Shown here piece after piece: positions 1 to 10,907 of a stretch of DNA of 64,000 nucleotides (positions are counted from its first letter, which is position 1; every line of letters begins with the position of its first letter). The notes beneath the pieces were generated by a model, which ran no database searches, was not told the DNA's origin, and was given only the letters and a program-made list of their open reading frames with translations. Source of the stretch: Epiperipatus broadwayi (Eukaryota; Animalia; Onychophora); contig JAQFVV010000007.1 of the NCBI GenBank assembly GCA_028023455.1, positions 3,658,001 through 3,722,000 on the forward strand, given 5' to 3'. The position numbers and the translations under genes are program-made.

Positions 1-267
1 AATAAAACTTATGTATCATTTTATCCTTGTGACACTAGAAATAAAAACGAGTTTTTGATTGTAAACATTTTTTCAGTAATTAAATGCAAAAGCACATTAG
101 AAAATGGAATATGAGAACAAACAGAAAATATTAATATATTCAAAAAAATTGTAATAAACAACTTAAAGATTTACAATTGTACAAATCATTTATAAATAAA
201 AAATTATAAAATTTTCAAACAATTCCATAATTTTATATAATTTCTATACATATAAATATAACTTTTT

Positions 268-965
268 AATAGCTCAAATATAGATGAAATAATGTAAAAG
301 TATTGGAAACCCCCAGCAAGCTATATATATACTAATTGTCAGTAAATGTGAAATTTGGAATGAGCCCACCTACAATTTAGCTTTGATCTTATATAAGAAT
401 ACCATTTGTACTTCAATGCAGAATATGTGATTTATATATACTAACAATTTCTAGACAACTATAAGCTATTCTGAAGTCATTATAACTAATCAGAAGAAAG
501 GGCTGAACCTCACATTTAACAACCTTTTAATATTAAATTAAACTTGTTAATAGATGTAAATATAGCTTATAAATGATCAAAGTAAAGTTTAGGTGAGCTC
601 ATTCTACATTTACTGTCAGTGTACATATAGTCTCACTAGGGATTTTCAGTACTTATGCATTATTTTATCTATATTTGAATTATTGAAGTTATATTTACAT
701 TTATTAACTGAACATTAATTTAATATTAAGAGGTTGTTAAATATAAGGCTTAGCCTTCCCTCTAATTAGTTAGTAATTTCAAGATAGCTTATATATGTCT
801 TGAAATTACATTTATATAAAAATCATGCTCTATGTCAGTAAATGGTATGCTTATATACAATCAAAGCTAAAGTGTAGATGGACTCATTCTATATTTTAAA
901 TTTACTGATAGTTTACATATAGCTCACTGAGGATTTTCAGTAGTTACACATCATTTCATTTATAA
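268..965. repeat. Degenerate fold-back repeat with A-B-A'-B'-A' layout
   Basis: Left arm ~278-568 is the reverse complement of ~687-965 (e.g. ggctgaacctcacatttaacaacc / ggttgttaaatataaggcttagcc). The loop 573-686 is a further inverted copy of 268-405. Confidence 0.8.
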
Positions 966-1289
966 TCTCTATACTGTAATAAAATATCTAGTGAAGAATT
1001 ATTGTATCATAATATAGTATTTATATACCTAGCTATAGTTGGGCAAAAAATATTAATCAATAAAGTTTACAAAGCAGAGATTTTTTTATTTAATTTTAGA
1101 GATAAACCTAAATTTCTCCCACAGGGCATCATTTTTTAAATTTTAAAGATTTCCATAAAGCATACTTTTTTCCTCATATAAATATTACTTTCTTGTTATC
1201 ATGCTGTTTTAACTAGCACATTCTGAGAACATGAACAAAATATCAGCAGACACATATACAATAACAAATAAAAACATAAAATATTTAAG

Positions 1290-4200
1290 TATTAAAAAAA
1301 ATTAAATTTCTCTCATGACCATGGTTTCATCTATTCACAAATAAATCTTGTGAAATCCAACTACAAACAGACAATTTATATATACACTAAACAGAAATAT
1401 TTGCACATAATTCACTTCAAAAACCACACACTTTAATATCAAAAGATGTTTTTATGAGATTGATGGCCTCAAATTCAAAAAGATTTATTGTCAGAGTTTC
1501 TTTAACTTTGCTGTTTGTTTGTTTGTTTTTTCATAAAAGGCCTGTATTCAGTTCATGAGTATACAATACTAAGTTAAGATACCTATTTTTAATTCTATTC
1601 TTATGAACTTTAATTCTTCCATTGAGATTTATTTTACTTTTACCTATATAAACTTCAAGGAATCTTATAAACTGTGCCAGGAATAGACTTTATTAATCAA
1701 CTGTTTTGAAGTATTTAATAAATTTAAATCAAGACCTTTCTACCAAGCAGCTTTCATACCACCTAATAAATGAATGTTTTTATAAACCAATCTATAAACT
1801 GATGACTTAAATGATTAAAAAATAAATTCTATTTTCACTAACAATTAAATTTTAATTAATATCAGATATAAAATATTTTTATTAAATATAATATTCATTA
1901 ATAAATTCATGATTATAATCCAATTCAATATAATCAGAAGCAAATTGACTCCTTTAAATACAAGCATTCTTTTCAAAATTAAGGCTTATATTCTTATAAC
2001 AAATGTTTAATAAAGAAAGCTTATGAGTAAAAGTTTTGATAACTGTCAGGTCTTATCATTTCATAAATTTTTATGTTTAATAAAATGATTACAAAATAAA
2101 ATATTATCAAACTTATTAACACTTAAATCCAAAAATTTAACAAACCAAATGTACCTCCCTCAATAGTAAAATTAATATTAGAATCAAATGCATTCAATCT
2201 ATCTGAATAACAAATAAACAATCAACAGATCTAATGAATAATTTTCAATATGCAGAAAATGATTAATACTCATCATCATCATCATCAAGCATTATCAATC
2301 CACGGCAGAATGAAGGTTCAATCCATCTCCGATTTTTAGCTTTTCTTCTCCACATAACCCCTGCACACTATCTTATTTCATCCATCCATCTCACATGTGG
2401 TTTCTTTCTGGATCTTTTACAATCTCTTGGAATCCAGTTTAAGATTTCAATTGTCCATCTATTTTCATTCCTTCTAGCAATATGTCAGCTCAATTCCACT
2501 TCAGTCTTTTAATTTTTTCAATGAGGTTAGTAACACCTGTTTGTTCTCTTACCCATATATAGGATTGCATTTTCAATCTCTTCTTACTTCCAATATGCAT
2601 TTCTCCGTATTTCTTTGAATGATCTGAAGACTCTGTATTGCTCTTCTATTATGTGTCCAAGTCTCAGATCCATAAGTAAGAAATAGTAAAACACATTTAT
2701 TAGACACCTTCCTTTTCAAACACATGGGCATATTTCCGTTTAGTATCAAGTTATTTCTATCGCCAAGTTTAATTCTATTATTAATTTCATCCATTATGTT
2801 TCCATCTGTATTAACAAATTGACTAAGGTATTTGTAGCTGTTAACTTCTTCTAACTCATCATAATCAATCTTTATTTTCATATTTTGAGAAAATCCATTA
2901 AACATTACTTTAGTCTTTTTAACATTTATCTTTTGTCTTACTTTCCTACTTTCATCTGATAACTCCTGCAACATTTCCTGCAGCTCTAAAGCATTATTTG
3001 CAAAAACAATTATATCATTGTAAAATCTAAATGACTTAAATAATCTCCATTTACTTTCACTCCTTTAGCTTCCCATTTTAATCCACAAAATACTTCTTGC
3101 AGCACTGCTGTAAAACGTTTTGGAGATATAGAGTCACCCTGTCTTACACCTTTTTCAATGTTGACTTTCCTAGTATCATTATGTAATCTAATTGTTGCTA
3201 TTGCATTTTTATAAATATTCTTTAAAATATGACAATATCCTGGAGCCATACCTCGATGACCCAATGCTTTAATCACTGAAGAAATGCTCATAGAATCAAA
3301 TGCCTTTTCATAATTTACAAATCCAAAGCATAATGGCAACTCATATTCATTTGCCCTTTCTACAACTTCTCTCAATAACTGGATATGATCTACTGTACTA
3401 AAATCACTTTTAAATCCAACTTGTTCTCTTGGTTGTGGAAATCCAATGTTCTCTGTAGACGAGTTGTAATTATCTTGGTAAAAACTTTGTATAAAACTGA
3501 TAAAAGGCTGATAGGTCTGTAATTTCTAATATCTTCTTTATCACCTTTTTTAAATATTAATATTAATACTGCATTCTTCCAATCATCTGGTATATCTTTA
3601 TCATTTAGACAATTGGTATATAACTTTGCTTAAAAAAATTCTATTTCTTCACCTGCTTCTTTTAATATATCAATTATAATTTCATCATTACCTGGAGCCT
3701 TTCCTTTCTTCATATATTTAATTGCATGTCTCACTTCTTCATTTAAAATTCTGGGCAATTACTGCTCTCTAAAAAAATAATATAGTCAGAGCACATTAAA
3801 AAAGAAATAACAATCAATAATCCTTTCCTCTTTAATCTTATAAAACACATTGTTGCACAAAGTACATTGAATTCTCTCAACAATAACAAATCATGAATAA
3901 CTTGTATCTTATCTGCAAAAAAAAAATATTAATTTCCCTAAAATAGAAAGAAATATATTAATACTATTTAATCTATCAGCAAATTAATAGATATTTTCAA
4001 TATTTACACTATCTAATAAATAAATGCCTCAAAAGAAGAACAGAGATAAAATTGAACCAAAACTAATATAATTTGTAAAAATCTTACAAGAAATTTTGAA
4101 ATTTTATTAACAATTCCCACCATCCACCCCCACCCAATAAAATCAAAAATATACCTAAAAAAAAAATTATCTTTACAAGACTTAAGATTAAAAAAAGTTT

Positions 4201-4440
4201 AGGAGTCAAATAATTGCTAGGATAACAATTTAAAAAAAACTTTATCAAAAAAAAATTGTATTTTCCATAATTTTCATAATACCAATCAATTTAGATTTTT
4301 TTTTATTAGGATCACAATTTAATACAAAATGCTTTCCATTATTTAGCACTAAAGACACTTTATTATTATTAAATGCTTTTATTTAAGTTACAATCTCTGT
4401 TTGTTGGTTTATTTGTTTGTTTGTAAACATTTTTACTTAG
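1290..4440 (-). mobile_element. Decayed Penelope-like element (RT + GIY-YIG remnant), interrupted by an RTE LINE
   Basis: Minus-strand remnants read SIPGTVYKIP..YIG..RIKVHK (GIY-YIG, ~1560-1700) and DRLNAFDSNINFTIEG (RT, ~2170-2230). Collinear with the copy at 11940-15030 on both sides of the RTE insertion. Carries gaaac-catg-gtc, the 3' half of a hammerhead, at 1313-1328. Confidence 0.75.
2270..3762 (-). mobile_element. 5'-truncated, frameshifted RTE-clade LINE
   Basis: ORF-track fragments 2573-2974 and 3010-3375 align to the intact RTE ORF at 4870-6447. The 3' end carries a (GAT)n tail at ~2270-2287. Possible diverged ~10-bp target duplication (gagcagtaat / gagtattaat on the minus strand). 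Confidence 0.93.
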
Positions 4441-4699
4441 ATCAGAATAAAATTTTAAAATAGATGTTTAATAGAATTAAATTTTAATATAATTTGTTGA
4501 AATTTGATAATTTCTTCTAAATCACCATCAACGGAATTTAGGTAGGTGACCTTGTTTCTTAGATCTGGTCCACAAGGTGGCAGAAATTTGGTATATTTTG
4601 CTATTAAAATTTGAAAGACATTTTTAGAACTTAAATATGTTTTAAGTAATGCATGCAGTTTTTTTGTTGGTTTCAATTGAAAGCTTGATTTAAGTTAGA

Positions 4700-6460
4700 A
4701 TAAAAGAGTTGAAAATGATATAAGAAAGTATAACTGTGAACTAGCAAGGAAAGCTGTAGAAGAAAATAAAAGTCTTAAGAATGTAAAACAACATTTTGGT
4801 ATTGGTAGGAAATTTATATCTGCAATAAGAAAAAAAGATGGAATTATTACTAAAAGGAGAGATGACATCATGAAATTGGTAGATTTTTATCAAGAATTAT
4901 ATAGTAATAAAGAACAAGTACCTCCTATATCTATTACATCTTCCAAATTGCCCAGAATTTTAAATGAAGAAGTGAGACATGCAATTAAATGTATGAAGAA
5001 AGGAAAGGCTCCAGGTAATGATGGAATTATAATTGATATATTAAAAGAAGCAGGTGAAGAAATAGAAAAAATTTTAGCAAAGTTATATACCAAATGTCTA
5101 AATGATAAAGATGTACCGGATGATTGGAAGAATGCAGTAATAATATTAATATTTAAAAAAGGTGATAAAGAAGATATAAGAAATTACAGACCTATCAGCC
5201 TTTTATCAGTTTTATATAAAATTTTTACCAAGATAATTACTACTCGTCTACAGAAAACATTGGATTTCCACCAACAAAGAGAACAAGCCGGATTTAAAAG
5301 TGGTTTTAGTACAGTAGATCATATCCAGGTATTGAGAGAAGTTATAGAAAGGACAAATGAATATGAGTTGCCATTATGCTTAGGATTTGTAGATTATGAA
5401 AAGGCATTTGATTCTATAAACATTTCTTCAGTGATTAAAGCATTGGATCATCAAGGTATAGATCCAGGATATTGTCATATTTTAAAGAATATTTATAAAA
5501 ATGCAACAGCAACAATTAGATTATATAATGACAATGGGAAAGTCAACATTGAGAAAGGTGTAAGACAAGGTGACTCCATATCTCCAAAACTTTTTACAGC
5601 AGTGCTGCAAGAAGTATTTTGTGGATTAAAATGGGAAACTAAAGGAGTGAAAGTAAATGGTGATTATTTAAGTCATTTAGATTTTGCAGATGATGTAGTT
5701 GTTTTTGCAAATAATGCTTCAGATCTGCAGGAAATGTTGCAGGAATTATCAGATGAAAGTAGGAAAGTAGGACTAAAGATAAATGTTAAAAAGACTAAAG
5801 TAATGTTTAATCGATTTGCTCAAAATATGAAAATAAAGATTGGTTATGATGAATTAGAAGAAGTTAACAGTTACAAATACCTTGGTCAGATTATTAATAC
5901 AGATGGAAACATAATGGAGGAAATTAATCATAGAATTAAACTTGGTTGGAGTACTTTTGGTAGACATAACTTGATACTAAAAGGAAATATGCCTATGTGT
6001 TTGAAAAGGAAGGTTTTTAACAAATGTGTTTTACCAGTTCTTACTTATGGATCTGAGACTTGGACACTTAATAGAAGAGCAATTCAGAGACTTCAGACCA
6101 CTCAAAGAAGTATGGAGAGATGTATGTTGGGAGTAACAAGAAGAGATCGTAAATGCAATGTATGGGTAAGAGAACAAACAGGTGTTACTGACCTCATTGA
6201 AAAAATTAAAAGATTGAAGTGGAGTTTGGCTGGACATATTGTTAGAAGAGATGATAATAGATGGACAATTGAAATTTTTAACTGGATTCCAAGAGATTGT
6301 AAAAGACCCAGAAAGAGACCACATGTGAGATGGATGGATGAAATAAAAAAGTGTGCAGGGGTGATGTGGAGAAGAGAAGCTAAAGATCAGAGAAGATGGA
6401 TTAAACTTGGAGAGACCTTCATCCTGCAGTGGATTGATAATGGTTGATAATAATAAAAAA
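4700..6460 (+). mobile_element. 5'-truncated young RTE-clade LINE
   Basis: Homology to the longer copy (19505 onward) starts at ~4700. Ends in ctgcagtggattgataatggttgataataata, the terminus shared with the other copies. Confidence 0.95.
4870..6447 (+). CDS. RTE-type reverse transcriptase ORF (525 aa, uninterrupted, lacks the endonuclease domain)
   Basis: Motifs GKAPGNDG, YRPISLL, EQAGF, FVDYEKAFDS, GVRQGDSISPKLF, FADD, YKYLG and the RTE C-terminal LTYGSETW...AGHIVRR...RPRKRPHVRW. Confidence 0.93.
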   Translation: MKLVDFYQELYSNKEQVPPISITSSKLPRILNEEVRHAIKCMKKGKAPGNDGIIIDILKEAGEEIEKILAKLYTKCLNDKDVPDDWKNAVIILIFKKGDKEDIRNYRPISLLSVLYKIFTKIITTRLQKTLDFHQQREQAGFKSGFSTVDHIQVLREVIERTNEYELPLCLGFVDYEKAFDSINISSVIKALDHQGIDPGYCHILKNIYKNATATIRLYNDNGKVNIEKGVRQGDSISPKLFTAVLQEVFCGLKWETKGVKVNGDYLSHLDFADDVVVFANNASDLQEMLQELSDESRKVGLKINVKKTKVMFNRFAQNMKIKIGYDELEEVNSYKYLGQIINTDGNIMEEINHRIKLGWSTFGRHNLILKGNMPMCLKRKVFNKCVLPVLTYGSETWTLNRRAIQRLQTTQRSMERCMLGVTRRDRKCNVWVREQTGVTDLIEKIKRLKWSLAGHIVRRDDNRWTIEIFNWIPRDCKRPRKRPHVRWMDEIKKCAGVMWRREAKDQRRWIKLGETFILQWIDNG

Positions 6461-6678
6461 ATAAAATTAGTTTAATATAATTTTCTTATGCTTTTTTTTT
6501 AAAAAAAAAAGTTTTCTAAGAAAAAAATGTCAAACACTTCAACAGAAAGAATGTCTTCATATTTTAAGCTACTTAATGATTTATTTTCTACATATATAAT
6601 TACTTACACATACTAAATATGATATACATAAGAAATACGTATATTGACTTAAATGTAGAACAATCTACTGATATATAT

Positions 6679-7867
6679 TGTAACGGAAATGAAAATTAAA
6701 TTGAGAAATCATTTGTAACAGAAATATAAAAATATCATGATTATTAATTATTAAAATATGCATTTGTAATCTGTCATTTGTAACAGTATGAATAATATTG
6801 TAATGATGAATGATAAAAAGGCTGTTAAAAGACTGTTACCTTTATAACTGATTACAATCTATATATATTGATGAATGATAAAATGATAGTTGCTATAATT
6901 CAATAACTAAATATAACATTATAGCCCGTTTGCAACTATCCTAAACATTAATTCTGTCACGCTTATAATGAAATAAATAAATTATCTCATTTCTCAACAC
7001 ATAAAATAATAAAATGACAATTAAAACTGTCATCATTAAAGATTTAAAATATTTAGATATTGGGGAAGTCATTTCAACAATAAAACATACTGGCCATTGT
7101 CATCAAATAAAATAATATTAAATATAGCAACTGAATAAAATTACCCACTGTGAGATTCCTGGAGTGCATTATGCTTATCTCCAATACTAGGTTCTTTTAA
7201 CAAAGAATACTTCCTATTCTTCTTTCCAACCATATAAGACCATTCATGGTCACACGCACACACTGGTGCTATTCACGATAACTTATAAAACATATTATAT
7301 AAAGTTAATATTATGAAGTTAGAAAGAAGAATAGGAAGTATTCTTTGTTAAAAGAACCTAGTATTGGAGATAAGCATAATGCACTCCAGGAATCTCACAG
7401 TGGGTAATTTTATTCAGTTACTATATTTAATATTATTTTATTTGATGACAATGGCCAGTATGTTTTATTGTTCAAATGACTTCCCCAATATCTAAATATT
7501 TTAAATCTTTAATGATGACAGTTTTAATTGTCATTTTATTATTTTGTGTTGAGAAATGAGATTATTTATTTATTTCATTATAAGCGTGACAGAATTAATG
7601 TTTAGGATAGTTGCAAATGGGCTATAATGTTATATTTAGTTATTGAATTATAGCAACTATCATTTTATCATTCATCAATATATATAGATTGTAATCAGTT
7701 ATAAAGGTAACAGTCTTTTAACAGCCTTTTTATCATTCATCATTACAATATTATTCATACTGTTACAAATGACAGATTACAAATGCATATTTTAATAATT
7801 AATAATCATGATATTTTTATATTTCTGTTACAAATGGTTTCTCAATTTAATTTTCATTTCCATTACA
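6679..7867. repeat. Palindromic unit 1A (arms ~550 bp, loop 87 nt)
   Basis: 6679-7230 is the reverse complement of 7318-7867 with few substitutions. Ends TGTAA...TTACA. Confidence 0.95.
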
Positions 7868-7869
7868 AA

Positions 7870-7891
7870 TGGCGCCCCACGTTGGGCACCA
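7870..7891 (-). promoter_or_regulatory. tRNA-Lys(CUU) primer-binding site inside a 22-nt near-palindromic linker
   Basis: Minus strand reads TGGTGCCCAACGTGGGGC, a 17/18 match to the canonical Lys1,2 PBS TGGCGCCCAACGTGGGGC. Plus strand reads TGGCGCCCCACGTTGGGC (16/18). Confidence 0.9.
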
Positions 7892-7893
7892 TT

Positions 7894-10800
7894 TGTAACT
7901 GAAAGAAATTATTAATTATTAAAATATATTTATAATCTGTCATTTCTAACAGTATGAATAAATAAAGATGAACTGACAAAAGGTTGATAAAAGACTGTTA
8001 CTTTTATAACTGATTACAATCTATATATTAATGAGTGATAAAATGATAGTTGCTATAATTCAATAACTAAACACTAAACAGGATATATGATATGCTCCAG
8101 CGGTTCATCATTTGTAACCAAGTAAAATTAAATAATAAATGAATTCACTGTGTTAGCTAAAATACAATTTATAATTAAATAAGGATGACGCTAACATATA
8201 AATAAGAATATATGCATATCATGCTCTATTTGGGTGTCTATTTTTAATTAATTAAATATAACATGATAGCCCATTTGCAACTATCCTAAACATTAATTCT
8301 GTTACGCTAATAATGAAATAAATAAATTATCTCATTTCTCCATATAAAATAACAACAATGAAAATTAAAACTATTATCATTAAAGATTTAGAATATTTAG
8401 ATATTGGGGAAGTCATTTGAACAATAAAACATACTGGCCATTGTCATCAAATAAAAGAATATTAAATACAGCAACTGAATAAAATTACCCACTGTGAGAT
8501 CCCTGGAGTGTATTTTGCTTATCTCCAATACTAGGTTCTTTTAACCAAGAATCCTTCTCATTCCTCTTTTTATGTATATACGACCATTCACGGTCACACG
8601 CACACACTGGTGCTATTTATAACAATGTATAAAATTATCATATAAACTTAATATCATTAAGTTGGAAAGGGATTAAATCACTCTTTATTCAGTTTAGCTA
8701 AGTACATATGTTTTCCCATGAGTGCCACTAGATTGTTTTAAATCTAGATAAATCTGTTTAGAGTGTACTGAGTTCAAACTCATTCGGTACATTTTTATTA
8801 CACATGACTTGGATGACTAATGAAAAAAATAAAAATGACATTCTTATATTTTATTCATGTCAATAAAATCATAAAATCCCCATATTACAAAATTTATATA
8901 GATCAAGACTCTTATAGACATTGCTAGCTCATTTTTCGTATATTGATGAACAGACAAGTATAATCTTATTAATGGCTTCTAAACAAGCATCGTGAAGACC
9001 ATTATTGATATTGATGGCCATTTAACTAGATTATTTATCACAATATAAAGGTAATAATGATGATGATAATAATGATGATGATGATGATATCACATTAATA
9101 ATGATAATAATAGTGATGATGATACCAGCCATAGCTTTATACTGAACTCACAACAATAAATTTATCTTTATAAACTTATAGGCATTTTTTAAAAATCATC
9201 CCTTGTCAAAATGGGATTTAATTATTACATTCACTAGCATTTATATAAGTTTATGTTTATTTACTAAAATACTTTGATAGTTAAAACTAGGATTTAATAA
9301 TACTAGTGATGATGACTGATCATCATGGATCTCTATGCATGATATTCAACTTTCTACAAATCCTTATTTAATAAATCATTAATAAATTATAATCATTAAA
9401 TCTAATGTTTAACATAATTAATATATTTAGTAAATAAGGATTTGTAGAAAGTTGAATATCATGCATAGAGTCCGTGATGATCAGTCATCATCACTAGTAT
9501 TATTAAATCCTAGTTTTAACTATCAAAGTATTTTAATAAATAAACATAAACTTATATAAATGCTAGTGAATGTAATAATTAAATCCCTTTTTGACAAGGG
9601 ATGATTTTTAAAAAATGCCTATAAGTTTATAAAGATAAATTTATTGTTGTGAGTTCAGTATAAAGCTATGGCTGGTATCATCATCACTATTATTATCATT
9701 ATTAATGTAATATCATCATCATCATCATTATTATCATCATCATTATTACCTTTATATTGTGATAAATAATCTAGTTAAATGGCCATCAATATCAATAATG
9801 GTCTTCACGATGCTTGTTTAGAAGCCATTAATAAGATTATCCTTGTCTGTTCATCAATATACGAAAAATGAGCTAGCAATGTCTATAAGAGTCTTGATCT
9901 ATATAAATTTTGTGATATGGGGATCTTATGATTTTATTGACATGAGTAAAATATAAGAATGTCATTTTTATTTTTTTCATTAGTCATCCAAGTCATGTGT
10001 AATAAAAATGTACCAAATGAGTTTGAACTCAGTACACTCTAAACAGATTTATCTAGATTTAAAACAATCTAGTGGCGCTCGTGGGAAAACACATGTACTT
10101 AGCTAAACTGAATAAAGAGTGATTTAATCCCTTTCCAACTTAATGATATTAAGTTTATATGATAATTTTATACGTTGTTATAAATAGCACCAGTGTGTGC
10201 GTGTGACCGTGAATGGTCGTATATACATAAAAAGAGGAATGAGAAGGATTCTTGGTTAAAAGAACCTAGTATTGGAGATAAGCGAAATACACTCCAGGGA
10301 TCTCACAGTGGGTAATTTTATTCGGTTGCTATATTTAATATTCTTTTATTTGATGACAATGGCCAGTATGTTTTATTGTTCAAATGACTTTCCCAATATC
10401 TAAATATTCTAAATCTTTAATGATAATAGTTTTAATTTTCATTGTTGTTATTTTATATGGAGAAATGAGATAATTTATTTATTTCATTATTAGTGTAACA
10501 GAATTAATGTTTAGGATAGTTGCAAACGGGCTATAATGTTATATTTAATTAATTAAAAATAAGACACCCAAATAGAGCATGATATGCATATATTCTTATT
10601 TATATGTTAGCGTCATCCTTATTTAATTATAAATTGTATTTTAGCTAACACAGTGAATTCATTTATTATTTAATTTTACTTGGTTACAAATGATGAACCG
10701 CTGGAGCATATCATATATCCTGTTTAGTGTTTCGTTATTGAATTATAGCAACTATCATTTTATCACTCATCAATATGTAGATTGTAATCAGTTATAAAAA

Positions 10801-10907
10801 TAACAGTCTTTTATCATCCTTTTGTCAGTTCATCTTTATTTATTCATACTGTTACAAATGACAGATTATAAATATATTTTAATAATTAATAATTTCTTTC
10901 AGTTACA
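7894..10907. repeat. Palindromic unit 1B (arms 1483 bp each, loop 48 nt)
   Basis: 7894-9376 is the reverse complement of 9425-10907. About 5 differences in the outer ~170 bp that I compared. Ends TGTAAC...GTTACA. Confidence 0.97.

Larger units (their letters stand above)
6679..10907. mobile_element. Composite non-autonomous LTR-like element: palindrome - tRNA-Lys PBS linker - palindrome (locus 1)
   Basis: Starts TGTAAC (6679) and ends GTTACA (10907), with ATAT on both flanks. Central junction: TTACA aa TGGCGCCCCACGTTGGGCACCA tt TGTAAC. Confidence 0.85.

Noticed and set aside
268-965. DIRS-type element
   Set aside because: No RT, RNase H or tyrosine recombinase remnant, and the termini are undefined. 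Kept only as an unexplained fold-back.
4455-4676. 73-aa minus ORF as a host gene or 5' transduction of the RTE
   Set aside because: It lies in line with the decayed Penelope on the same strand and has no recognised homology. The apparent 13-bp TSD (tttaatataattt) is too AT-rich to trust.
7874-7891. tRNA-Lys gene or CRISPR-like repeat
   Set aside because: Only the 3' 18 nt including CCA are present with no tRNA body. There are two copies 24 kb apart and no spacer array.
6679-10907. Palindromes as sequencing or MDA fold-back artefacts
   Set aside because: The arms carry substitutions (a few percent here, about 20% at locus 2), end at defined TG/CA termini with TSDs, and share a conserved linker at two loci. 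Not formally excluded without reads.
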